Source of the DNA: Savitreella phatthalungensis
Lineage: Eukaryota
NCBI GenBank assembly: GCA_051599415.1
Contig: AP039698.1
Location: 1-64,000 of the forward strand
Reading direction: 5' to 3'
DNA length: 64,000 nt
Part shown: positions 54,328-64,000 of the stretch, in pieces
Layout: every line of letters begins with the position of its first letter
Position numbering within the stretch: the first letter of the stretch is position 1
Notes under the pieces: model-generated
What the model was told of the DNA's origin: nothing
Databases searched by the model: none
Seen by the model: only the letters and a program-made list of their open reading frames with translations
Made by a program: the position numbers and the translations under genes

Positions 54328-54887
54328 GGAGGATACTGATTGCCCACCAATTGTCTACGGTTTACCACCGACCTCCAACCTGCCATTTCAGCAATGCACA
54401 TGGTGCGAAGACTTTCCCAGTCTTGGTCTCAACGTGCGCGGATGTGGCTGTCCGAGTTAGCATGCCCATACAGGACTCTCTACCGCTCATTCTAATCGCT
54501 GTCTTCATCCAGAGCCAGAGGACAATTACTGTTTAATTCGAGGGGCTGCATTCTGAAAGCCTCGTTCGTCATCTGTCACAATTGTACTTTGTTCAGATTG
54601 CTGACCGTTGAGCCATACAATAGCGGACATTTTTATTTGACCGCAGTCGAATATGGAAAGGATTATGACGCTGCTGCACGTCGGCTTGGCTTCCCAAATG
54701 CGAGGTCAGAGATCTTTTGACAGAGGTCAAGTACGATGCGATCGATCTAATTTTCACAGGCGAATGAATCCATCGGACTTTCTCTTGTCGTAATAGACCG
54801 AACGTCTTGTGCTGCAATTCGGTGATCTTCACATCCTTTCTGCCTGCGGCTTCTTCTCTCTCATTTCCGAGAACTCACAGCATACAA

Positions 54888-56375
54888 ATGGCTGCGCGCG
54901 TCCACCGTGTCTGCAACACCGCACAGACCGCTTCAGACATGGCCAGGTCGACGACGCCGGAGCATGCGATGCTTCATGATGATCCACAAACGCCCATAAA
55001 CCACGCTGTCGTTCTACCGGCCACATCACCGCCATTAGACCTCCAGCTCGACGGGGCAATGAAAAGCCAACCGATGGCCGATTCACCAATGTCTGCAATG
55101 TCGTCGCAAACTACCATTGCCGGCTCACCAACTGAGGATGTCGTTGAGAAGGATATCGTGAAAAGTCATCGGCGAAACAGATCAAGCGTACAGTTCCACG
55201 GCCTGCCCGCTGCAGGGGCCGCCCAAGTGGTGCCTCGTCATGGCTCAGACTCCGAAATTGTACCTGTTAATATTGAGCTCAGTGACACAACGGAAGACAA
55301 GTGGACGAGCGAAGCGTCAAAGAGAGACTCCAAGGCGTTCTTCAAGCTCGGCCACAAGAAGCGCAATTCGCAAATTCAGCTGCCACATGATGTTCCCGGA
55401 ATTCCGATTCAAGCCACATACATCGGCGAGAAGCGCCAATATGGGTCGCTCGGACGCAAGTATCGCAACCTGCGCTACACTCAGTCTGCGATTTGTCTGA
55501 TCACTTTTGTGCTCCTCATTATCGTCGTCGCTGGTGTTTCTCCTTTCACATACACCGTCTTTTTCTTTGAATGGTTCTTGGCTGTCGTCACCTTTGCACA
55601 ACTCTGGCTCTATTTCTTGCCTTTCTGTATCTGGTGGAACAGATCTGTGGCTAAGACGAACGATGGCGCGACGCCTGACCGCAAGACTGGCCGTGGAAAA
55701 AAGCGGTACCAGATCGCGCACGATGACTGGTGCATGCTTATTCTGGACTTTTGCGCATCAGGTTCGGGTGTGATTGCTGTTTATGCTGCTGTCTGCCGTT
55801 CCGTCCGCTGCGCCATTCGCGCTCCCGGTGTATGGGATTTTATCACGGATGGAGAATTTGACGTTCTTCGACCATACTACCAGCGCCATTCGGGAGTATG
55901 TCCGACTTGGCACATCACTTTGGTCTTCGAGATCGTGCTGACCCTGATGTCAATCATTGCTTGGTTCACTACCCTTGCACGGATCGTCGGCGGCAAAAAG
56001 CGTGCGCGCCGCGAGTCCATCGCTTTGTCACGCGGATCTACTGCTGACCGCCCACTCATTGTAACAGACCTTGAGAAACAGGCCGCTCGACACGCGCCTG
56101 TCTTTGCAGAGTCACAATCGAGTCTGGCTGGCACCCGTGGAGTTCGCCAAGCAGCCGACGTGCCCTCCGCTCGACAGAACGTGGTAGGGCGCAAAGAGAG
56201 CGAGACTTCGCGCCTCTCCATACCATCTAGTAGCTTCTCCGCAATCGCCGCTAATTTGCGTGAGGCTTCTCGATCACAGGATGTCGGACAGGGCTCAATT
56301 CACACGGCTCGACACGTATCCGTGCCTGCAATCAAGCCCCGCCTTATGCCGTCGCCGCTGACGGCCGCCGCCTGA
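54888..56375 (+). CDS. Hypothetical four-TM membrane protein with disordered termini
   Basis: Long ORF with four hydrophobic helices; no family recognised. Confidence 0.75.
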   Translation: MAARVHRVCNTAQTASDMARSTTPEHAMLHDDPQTPINHAVVLPATSPPLDLQLDGAMKSQPMADSPMSAMSSQTTIAGSPTEDVVEKDIVKSHRRNRSSVQFHGLPAAGAAQVVPRHGSDSEIVPVNIELSDTTEDKWTSEASKRDSKAFFKLGHKKRNSQIQLPHDVPGIPIQATYIGEKRQYGSLGRKYRNLRYTQSAICLITFVLLIIVVAGVSPFTYTVFFFEWFLAVVTFAQLWLYFLPFCIWWNRSVAKTNDGATPDRKTGRGKKRYQIAHDDWCMLILDFCASGSGVIAVYAAVCRSVRCAIRAPGVWDFITDGEFDVLRPYYQRHSGVCPTWHITLVFEIVLTLMSIIAWFTTLARIVGGKKRARRESIALSRGSTADRPLIVTDLEKQAARHAPVFAESQSSLAGTRGVRQAADVPSARQNVVGRKESETSRLSIPSSSFSAIAANLREASRSQDVGQGSIHTARHVSVPAIKPRLMPSPLTAAA

Positions 56376-56670
56376 GCGAACACAGTACACTCATCAGCCA
56401 CTATACTCATTGTAAACTTCGCATCTGCGAACGACTGAACAGTCTGATCCCGGGATTCCATCACGCCACGAACATATATACGCCTCGCCATACCAGCAAC
56501 TTAGATCCTTTTGTACTATACTATATTGATCATGATGAGCTGAAGATTTGGATACGCGCGTGCACGGTTGGAAGATGTCATCGTCATTAAGGTTCGTATC
56601 ACTCGGCGAGATAGAGTTAAGAGATAAAAATAGGGATGCTCGGCAGCCTGATGGGACGAAATGTCAAAGC

Positions 56671-58542
56671 TCATTTCAGGTTCAGTGTAAGCTGAGGAGC
56701 ATTAGGCTCGTCCTTGCCCGAGTCACGATGTGACTTGCGCAAGTTGTCGCCTGAGCTGTCCGTCAGTCGCTTGCCTGGGAAGGAGCCAATGGACGAGAGA
56801 CTGTGGCCCACGCTGCGCAGCCAGGATGTGGACCGCATTTTACGCGGCTGCCGTTGAGGCGCCGGGACATCCTTGGACAGTCCAGGCGACGAGAGGGTGT
56901 AGCGTGATGAGCTTGGGCTGTGCGAAATGTTCTCACTGTTCACGTCGTTCAGGGCGGCCGTTGTCGTCGTATTCTGCGCTGGATTCGAGATCGATCGATG
57001 TGTGCCGAGACTAGGCAGACTGGACGGGACAGGTGGGACTGCAGGCACATTTGAACTGTAAGAGCGTCGTGCCAGAGGATGTACAGCTCCGTTGCCAGCT
57101 GTCGAGGTTCGAATATTGAAACCGCTCAGAAATCCAAGACGCCTTGCCCCGGCTGTCTGTGCTCTCTCGAGCTCATCCGTGTCGAAGTGCTGAAGCTCCT
57201 GGAGTCGATGATCAGAAGCGTCGCCAGAGGCCTCCGGGAGAGCCAGCGTCTTCGAGAGATTGGCCGGCAAAGCTGACTCAAAGTCAAAATCGAATCCTAG
57301 ATCGGCCGCTGTGAGCGACGCCTCGGATGCTGGCAGACGATTCAGGATGGCTGGCATTGGCTCAGACAGCAGCTCGTCGTGTCCAGCAGACAGTCCTCCT
57401 CCGGCGGTCTTTATACCGGCTCGCATAGGTTCCACGTCATCCTGAGGCCCAATCGGTCTGGCCTCAGTACTGTTCTGCCTCGTCTGCGTCGTTTGAGCAT
57501 GTGAAATTTGCGCGGGTGAGTCAAGCCTTTGAGGCGATCGGAAGGCTGACCTTTCGGCCTGGGCAAGTGTTTGCTGCTTAGCAGGCTTCCGCAGCGTTGA
57601 AGCCATAGTTACGGGCCGATTGGTGGAGATAGGTTGGACGAAAATGATATTGGACGGGGACAAGGGCGTCACTGGCGAAGTAGATCGGTTCGCTGCCGCG
57701 AAGGCTCGCTGCGCTGCTGCCGTAGCCATGTCTGTCGCTGTCGTGACGCTGCGAGAGACAAATTGCGGCCGCCTCTCCTTTGTGAAGCTTAACGGCTCCT
57801 GAAAAGGCGGCTGACCACCGTTTTGATCGTGAGTGCTGTAGTAGCTTGGGACTGGCTCATCATAAACAGGAGGCTGACGCAGGGGGATGAGGGACGTTTC
57901 TTCATTTCCGGGCGCGTGACCAGACATGTTTGACTCGATATCTACACGAGCCGGAGTGCTTGTCAGCATTTGGAAGGAGAAAGAGCGCTTGATAGAGGCG
58001 GATCCTGCGCTGTTGCCTGGTGGTGTTGGCTTCCGCTTTGCGACCAAAATATCAGGGTGTGGGATGTTCCTAGGACGTTGGGATAGAGGGTATGAAGTTG
58101 GGTCTGTGTCGTCGGCTGAGAGTGAAGATCTGCCACTGCCATTTTGAGAGCGTGCCGATGTCTCACGTTCATGAGAACCTGCAGCAGATGCAAAATTCGA
58201 CGTGGAAAGAGATGCACATGCATCGTGACTGATGCTTCGCTGTTGTTGCTGCGGCCGACCACCGATGTAAGCCTCGCGAGCCCGATCACCGAAACCGATT
58301 TGACCGCGTCCATAGAAACCCAGGGCGGATTGCGACCTTGAGGAGCCTCTACCGTGTTCTGAGGCCGCAGCAACGGCTGCCCGTCGTCGATTATCGAGCT
58401 CAGTATCATCATCAGCAGTATTCGATCTGCTGCGTAAGCCAAGGCGAGACCAGGAGCGCTGACCTGTCGTAGAGGTCATCAGACTTTGAGGTGGTTCCCG
58501 TCGTTTCCACGGGAATGCTGATGAGTTTGTGGAAGAGGGCAT
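56671..58542 (-). CDS. Hypothetical Ser/Pro/Arg-rich disordered protein
   Basis: ORF of more than 600 codons with low-complexity composition; no family recognised. Confidence 0.75.
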   Translation of the reverse strand: MPSSTNSSAFPWKRREPPQSLMTSTTGQRSWSRLGLRSRSNTADDDTELDNRRRAAVAAASEHGRGSSRSQSALGFYGRGQIGFGDRAREAYIGGRPQQQQRSISHDACASLSTSNFASAAGSHERETSARSQNGSGRSSLSADDTDPTSYPLSQRPRNIPHPDILVAKRKPTPPGNSAGSASIKRSFSFQMLTSTPARVDIESNMSGHAPGNEETSLIPLRQPPVYDEPVPSYYSTHDQNGGQPPFQEPLSFTKERRPQFVSRSVTTATDMATAAAQRAFAAANRSTSPVTPLSPSNIIFVQPISTNRPVTMASTLRKPAKQQTLAQAERSAFRSPQRLDSPAQISHAQTTQTRQNSTEARPIGPQDDVEPMRAGIKTAGGGLSAGHDELLSEPMPAILNRLPASEASLTAADLGFDFDFESALPANLSKTLALPEASGDASDHRLQELQHFDTDELERAQTAGARRLGFLSGFNIRTSTAGNGAVHPLARRSYSSNVPAVPPVPSSLPSLGTHRSISNPAQNTTTTAALNDVNSENISHSPSSSRYTLSSPGLSKDVPAPQRQPRKMRSTSWLRSVGHSLSSIGSFPGKRLTDSSGDNLRKSHRDSGKDEPNAPQLTLNLK

Positions 58543-58936
58543 ATGGACCAGTGCGGAATGTTTGAAGTCCAGTGAGTCGTTCAAACAAAGAACAGACACA
58601 CCTTGCGGGAGTGACTTGCTCCCGAAGGCGGATTAAGGAGAATAAACGGTACAACAGACTGACTTGTGCGTCTATAACTCATCTGTCAGTGAGCTCGAGA
58701 GGGTCATGCACGTGTTGATGGCTCTCTAAGGCGTCTGTGCGGGAGGCGATAGACAGCTTTGAAACTGGTTTGCTGTAGTGATGAACGTGATTAGCTGGAG
58801 ACTCCTAGTGAATGATGATGATAATCGGTAGAATCAATTCGGCAAACCACTGTATCTCGAACGAATAGGGCTGGGTTGTAGCACCTTGGATTTGAGATAT
58901 GCGGGAGTCGAGGCGCTCTCTGCTGCGTGCGCGCTT

Positions 58937-58965
58937 AGATGCGTAGATGCGTGGATGCGTGGATG
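58937..58965. repeat. 8-bp tandem repeat (RGATGCGT), about 3.6 copies
   Basis: AGATGCGT AGATGCGT GGATGCGT GGATG in a divergent intergenic region. Confidence 0.7.
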
Positions 58966-59497
58966 AAAGAGGCTGGCCGATCGGATGATAGCGACCCGTC
59001 TGGTCTGTTGTTCAGGTCTCCTGTGTGTTTGCGGGGATATTATCTACATTATACTGTAATCTACCTCGATCATGCATCGTCCATGTCTGACCGAGCATGC
59101 ATATTGCTGATCTTGAGAGGCTGTATCCATGGCAGCTGCGTGTATCTCAATCTCAATTTGCACCAAACACTTATATGAACATATGCACACGCTGGCGACC
59201 TTATCCGCACACACAGAAACATCCGACTTGTCAGTAGAAAGTACCTTATTTCACTCTGCGTCTCGCTCGTTCTGCAGAGATTTACTGCGCTTGACCTCTC
59301 GGAAGGCAGTGACAGGCGAGTAAGAGGTCAAGAAAGGACCACGAGGCAAGCTTGGAGCCAGATGCCCGCTTTCCGTCAACGCGAGTTCAATCCGACACGA
59401 TGAGTTAATTGCACGCATAAAGGAAGAGGCCAAGATCAATCGACATTGCTTTCTGAAAGGCACAGCAAACGAGTCAGAGCGACTTTCTGAGACCGTC

Positions 59498-60421
59498 ATG
59501 CCCAGCAATTCTGCTGCACCAGCCGCCTACAGCTCTAATGCTTTGGCAGAATGTTTAGCTACACCAGTGCGCGGCAGCTATACGGACGATGGCGCTCCGT
59601 TCTGTGTCGTCAAGCTACCGACCATCGAAATTGCTCGATTGTGCTGCATGTTTGAACCGACGCCAGTTGCAGATCTATACAACCAGCATCTGTTCGCTGT
59701 AGACTTGATCGGCGCAAGGAAAGGCGATAGTGCACCTCTGATACACTCCATGGTCGATCCTTTGGCCTCGCTGTCACCGTCAGATATTCTCGATATCTAT
59801 TCGGATAGTGCTTGCGGCTATGTGTGTCCACGGACGAACGAGGTGGCGCTCAGAGCATGTTTGCTCCTAACTTGGCCAGAGTTTTCGGCATATGAGGCAT
59901 CGAAAGATGACGCCCACGAACATTCATTTTACAATTTCACCACGACTTCATCCATGTCCATCGCAGACGCTACATCATCAACAACCGTTCCTTCTCCGAC
60001 CACAGCGGCACTGCAGATTTCCTGCTTCGATGCTTCGGGCACTGACATCACGAACCATCAGCGGGTCAATGGATTGAGCTCCGGACCTCCGGCAGACTCA
60101 GTCGATCAATCGTGCTCATTCTTCCTGGCAGAACAGATGTCTCAGACTGCTGCAGCGGCTTCAAGCGCGCCGGGATCAGCGACTTCTCGAGACGGTGCTG
60201 CACCTGTTGCTCAGAAAGCCATCGCGACAAACTCGCCACAGCGGAACGAAAAGTTGAGCCACATCGGCGGGGACCGCCAGAACAAGAATGCCGCAGCCGT
60301 GGTGCAGCAGAAAGGATACGTACTCACTACACTAAAGACTGGTGGTCAGATCTTCCAGTTCGGTCAACACCGCAACGATCACGACAACGACGCAGATGAC
60401 AAGCCACCAGCTCCTTATTGA
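59498..60421 (+). CDS. Hypothetical protein
   Basis: 307-codon ATG ORF with a globular-looking N-terminal half and a Ser/Thr/Ala-rich C-terminal half. Confidence 0.65.
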   Translation: MPSNSAAPAAYSSNALAECLATPVRGSYTDDGAPFCVVKLPTIEIARLCCMFEPTPVADLYNQHLFAVDLIGARKGDSAPLIHSMVDPLASLSPSDILDIYSDSACGYVCPRTNEVALRACLLLTWPEFSAYEASKDDAHEHSFYNFTTTSSMSIADATSSTTVPSPTTAALQISCFDASGTDITNHQRVNGLSSGPPADSVDQSCSFFLAEQMSQTAAAASSAPGSATSRDGAAPVAQKAIATNSPQRNEKLSHIGGDRQNKNAAAVVQQKGYVLTTLKTGGQIFQFGQHRNDHDNDADDKPPAPY

Positions 60422-60531
60422 TTATTATGACGACTAGAACAAACACTCACGAATTTACATCATGATCGATGTGTCGACGAAGTGCTCGACGTGTCCCTGT
60501 TCATGCTCACCATATCCTGTACATCAATCGC

Positions 60532-61536
60532 TCAATCGTCCTTGGCCATAGCGTTGCTTTCATCATCGTCGTCATTACTGTCGTGTCGTGCGTCAGGTTC
60601 GTGAGCCTCGGATCTCTCGGTATCGCTCCCGATGTTGTGGAATTGCGTACTAGCCTGGAGCTTGAGTAAATCATCTACAGCCTGGCGAAGTGAGTCTCGC
60701 TCGTCCTCACTGACAGCGTCCTCGAGCACTTCCTGTGCGCATGCAATGGCTTCGGCCAACTCATCTCGCGCAAGTTCCAGCTTGCCACCGTTTGCCAACG
60801 TTTGAGCGCGGCTCAAGCTTCGACGTGTCGTCTTCAGGGCGAGCTCCACAATTTCGTGCTGCAATCCTTCGCTGGGTCGAACAGACTCTGGGGGACTTTC
60901 CGGCTGAACCAAGCTATCAATTAAACTTGTGAGCTGGCTTGCATGCGATGTCAAGACTCCGTCGAGTTTGTCAGCCGCGTCCTTGAGCGCAGCTCGCGTC
61001 GCCAACATCCTATCATAATTATCGTAGACCAATGCACGTCGCTCACCGCCTAGGGTCCTGATATCACTGATCAAAGCGTTCTCGAGCTCCAAGAGCGCCT
61101 TTATGCTCAGCTTGGATTTCGACGGGCTGCTGTCCCGCCTCGATTTGGCCGGAACGCCTTTGCGCACCTCATGCCCTGCGTCATCAACCGCCAATATCTC
61201 GCCTTTGTTCAGCTTGGCGAGATAGACTTCAAGATCAAAGTCTGGACTGTCAAGAATAGGGTCGAGCCTGATGGTGCTGCCGGATGGACCATTGGAGCTG
61301 GACTCAATTGTAGTGATCTGATCTTTGAGCTCAGTCCCGTCTGCAGCCCGCGTTTCGATGCCGTAGAATTCTCGTAGCGCTCGACGTCGCTCTCCACCTC
61401 GACGTTCTCGCCTGTTGCTCGAAGGTGTGCCGGTAATCGTGCCGCTCGTCGTCACCGTGCTGCCACCAGTGGATGACGCGATGGAAGTTGCAGATGAACG
61501 CCTTTGTGAGGGACCAGGCCTTGGCGAAGACTGCAT
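60532..61536 (-). CDS. VPS51: GARP complex subunit Vps51
   Basis: R.ALREFYG, LDS.DFD...YL and L..E..L...IR.L..ER.ALVYDNY. Confidence 0.88.
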   Translation of the reverse strand: MQSSPRPGPSQRRSSATSIASSTGGSTVTTSGTITGTPSSNRRERRGGERRRALREFYGIETRAADGTELKDQITTIESSSNGPSGSTIRLDPILDSPDFDLEVYLAKLNKGEILAVDDAGHEVRKGVPAKSRRDSSPSKSKLSIKALLELENALISDIRTLGGERRALVYDNYDRMLATRAALKDAADKLDGVLTSHASQLTSLIDSLVQPESPPESVRPSEGLQHEIVELALKTTRRSLSRAQTLANGGKLELARDELAEAIACAQEVLEDAVSEDERDSLRQAVDDLLKLQASTQFHNIGSDTERSEAHEPDARHDSNDDDDESNAMAKDD

Positions 61537-61823
61537 CGCAGTGCAACCTGACGACTGCTACGTCAGCCTTTTGTCAGCCGGCGAGCTGACCTTGGGCGCG
61601 ACTTCGGCTGGGTCTGTCGGCCAGCTGGACGTGAACAGATCGTGCATCGAGCGCACAAATTTCCAAACTGCACTTCTGATCTTTGGTATCCGCGGGTATG
61701 TACAAAACTGGTCAAAAAGTCACCAGCACGGCTGTTCAACATTGCCCAGTACCTGCCTGTGGCTACTAGGGCGGGAGATGAGATGCCTATAGATGCGGAT
61801 CTAGCTCGCAGACATCGTTGTTC

Positions 61824-64000
61824 ATGCAGAGATGCGCTACGAGTGTTCACAGGCTCGCGAGCTGGCCGGCAAGATTGAGAACACCCAAGTCGCCCTTGCG
61901 GTGCCTGCATCCACGAGCGTACTCGCTTCGACGCGGACTCGAAAATCTTCTAGCCGCTAACGATGCTCTAGACAGCCCTGATGAGGCTTTTCGACGCGCT
62001 CGGCGCAAGTCTCTAATCATCTCCTCTCGGAATACGAGGTCACGTAATGACGTTATCAGAAGCTTCGATAGCTTAGTCGACGACAGACACGTCTCGGCCA
62101 AGACGATTACACGACGGTATCTGAACCTTCGAAATGCTAGCGAAGTGACTGCTACGCTCGATTCACATGCGGCTCGACGGCTTGTTGGTCGGCTAATCTT
62201 CGAGAAGCAGTTTTCGATCTTGGTCGAATTCTTGCTGGAGCTGAGCCTTGGAGAATCCGTCGAGCTGGTCGAGCAATCTTTGAATGGGCTACATGAGTCT
62301 CAGAGACGGGATGCCATTCTGCGCATCGCGACTGTCTTTCGGAGGCTCAATCTTGCGAGTTTGACGAAACAAATGCTCGGGCAACTCGGCTTACCAACAC
62401 CGATGCGCTTCACTCTTGAGCAGCTATCGAGAATGCTCGTCATGCTTGACGAGCTGCCCGCGCATCAGGTGGAGAAGCACGCAGAGTTTATCCTTCGGGC
62501 TTCCGCTGCTTGGACAGGCGAGAACAAGTTGGACGAGTTTTCCCTGCTCACCCTCGTCCAGCGTGCGAATGACCTGGACATGCATGAATTTACCCAACAG
62601 CTTGTTCGTGATCAAGGATCTCCACCGGAAGCACTTAAAATCCTGCTTACTGGACTGCCGGCGGAAGAAGCGGCTGTTGTCCTTCTTGAGGCAAGGGACG
62701 ACAAGCATGCTGAGCCTTCGTGGACCATAGACTCTCTATGGTGTAGCGTCATTGATCGCACTGAGTCCTTCACGATGCTGGAGAAGTTGATGGCTCATGC
62801 ACCGAAACATGACCGCGTGCTGGGACATATTGCCACTCAGGCCTTAAAATTTGGTGCTTCAGGCCAAAACTTAGCTGTGCTGCTTTGTCACAGCCTTTCG
62901 GCTCGTCGTGCGCTTGCGGTTGTTCTACGAAGCATGGATACGAGCTCGCCGGGAGATCACAAAGCAATTCTGGAGAAACTACTGGGGCGAAATCCTGAGA
63001 TTGCCGAAGATGTCCTCGGTCACTTCTGCCGCTCTGTTGCATACGTGACACAAGGAGTCGATCAGCGCTATCCAATCGACCGTATTATAGCCGTGGTGTC
63101 GGCGATACAGTACCCAATCTCGGATCAGCTCGACTACAAGTTGACTCGTATCATGATGCATCGCTCAGCAGATGAGACACTGGCTTACATCCAGCTGCCC
63201 ACAGCGCCGCTGAAATCTATTGCTGCATTGCTAGCACAACACTTACGAATCAGGCGGCTCACTAATGCAGGTGAGTCGAATACGATTCGCGACCTGCTTA
63301 TTTCCACGGAAGAACAAGACAAGCTCGAACGAGGGGAAATTATTCTCGAGCATACCGAGCTGATGCCAGATAGCTTCTTCGTGGCGGTTTCAGAAGTGCT
63401 CGAACATCGCGGTATGAAAGGAGAGACTGCCACGACGGATTCTTCTTCTATTGTTGCAGCCTTCAAGATTCGAGACAACATGCTACTCGATTTAGCCCGC
63501 CTGCAGCCACCTATCGCAGCAGGTCTGATCCTTGAGCGCATCCGGTCACTGAGCAAGGAGACGGCTGCCGCGATAGTAAGATTACTCTCTCGCGGACACG
63601 CCGATATTCTAGCGTATCGCACACTGGAACGATTCGTTGGCGATGACTACGACGCATGCGCGCGTTTCGCCACGCGGATGGCTGCTGTGGATGGTGAGGT
63701 TTCAATGCGTTGCGTGGCGATGATGCGAGCTCGCGGTATTCCACCACGACGGCATCTGCTTCAGAGCCTCGTGCGAACACTGCAGTCGCCAGACCACGTG
63801 TGGGAATGCTGTATGCTCGCGGCCGAGCTGGGGATTCGACACGACAAGATCCTAGCCGCGGCACTGCTTCGCGATACGGTGCTTCGCCAGGGCCGCAATA
63901 CACCTATCGATCACTTGGCGGCTGTTCTGTCTGCTGCAGAGGGTCACCGCTCGTATACTGAGATCGCAAGCGCACTCGCGGCCTGGCAGCGATACGAAAG
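61824..64000 (+). CDS. Hypothetical alpha-helical protein with Arg-rich N-terminus (possibly mitochondrial, PPR-like); runs off the window end
   Basis: My translation from ATG 61824 (MQRCATSVHRLASWPARLR...) stays open for about 725 codons to the window edge. It is missing from the ORF track because no stop is reached. Confidence 0.75.
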   Translation, partial: MQRCATSVHRLASWPARLRTPKSPLRCLHPRAYSLRRGLENLLAANDALDSPDEAFRRARRKSLIISSRNTRSRNDVIRSFDSLVDDRHVSAKTITRRYLNLRNASEVTATLDSHAARRLVGRLIFEKQFSILVEFLLELSLGESVELVEQSLNGLHESQRRDAILRIATVFRRLNLASLTKQMLGQLGLPTPMRFTLEQLSRMLVMLDELPAHQVEKHAEFILRASAAWTGENKLDEFSLLTLVQRANDLDMHEFTQQLVRDQGSPPEALKILLTGLPAEEAAVVLLEARDDKHAEPSWTIDSLWCSVIDRTESFTMLEKLMAHAPKHDRVLGHIATQALKFGASGQNLAVLLCHSLSARRALAVVLRSMDTSSPGDHKAILEKLLGRNPEIAEDVLGHFCRSVAYVTQGVDQRYPIDRIIAVVSAIQYPISDQLDYKLTRIMMHRSADETLAYIQLPTAPLKSIAALLAQHLRIRRLTNAGESNTIRDLLISTEEQDKLERGEIILEHTELMPDSFFVAVSEVLEHRGMKGETATTDSSSIVAAFKIRDNMLLDLARLQPPIAAGLILERIRSLSKETAAAIVRLLSRGHADILAYRTLERFVGDDYDACARFATRMAAVDGEVSMRCVAMMRARGIPPRRHLLQSLVRTLQSPDHVWECCMLAAELGIRHDKILAAALLRDTVLRQGRNTPIDHLAAVLSAAEGHRSYTEIASALAAWQRYE

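Overview
The left end of a chromosome from a compact, apparently intron-poor fungus. An early-branching yeast-like ascomycete such as Taphrinomycotina is my best guess (TTAGGG telomeres, histone H4 ending TIYGFGG), but this is inference. Bases 1-68 are an untrimmed Oxford Nanopore ligation adapter plus native barcode. Next come 13 canonical CCCTAA telomere units and a 408-bp in-phase array of 68 hexamers that mixes CCCTGA and CCCTCA aperiodically with no CCCTAA. A ~1.2-kb CpG-depleted subtelomeric repeat follows. An accessory block (2.4-11.4 kb) holds two paralogous secreted Ser/Thr/Pro-rich proteins, a catalase-fold protein, a short Rtc5, an MBD4-like glycosylase and two divergent subtilisins. 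The rest is densely packed, uninterrupted housekeeping ORFs (SET methyltransferase, SulP, KGD4, COG3, delta-8 desaturase, CCT7, APC11, Arf-GEF, H4, POL2, PCI protein, RFT1, ThrRS, xylose reductase, SMC4, SPP, C2H2 factor, SUR7/PalI, SLT11, VPS51), a tRNA-Pro with a 51-nt intron, and several unknown ORFs. The best leads are the telomere variant array, the CpG-depleted subtelomere, the secreted paralog pair, two candidate structured ncRNA loci, and three XlnR-type sites upstream of xylose reductase.
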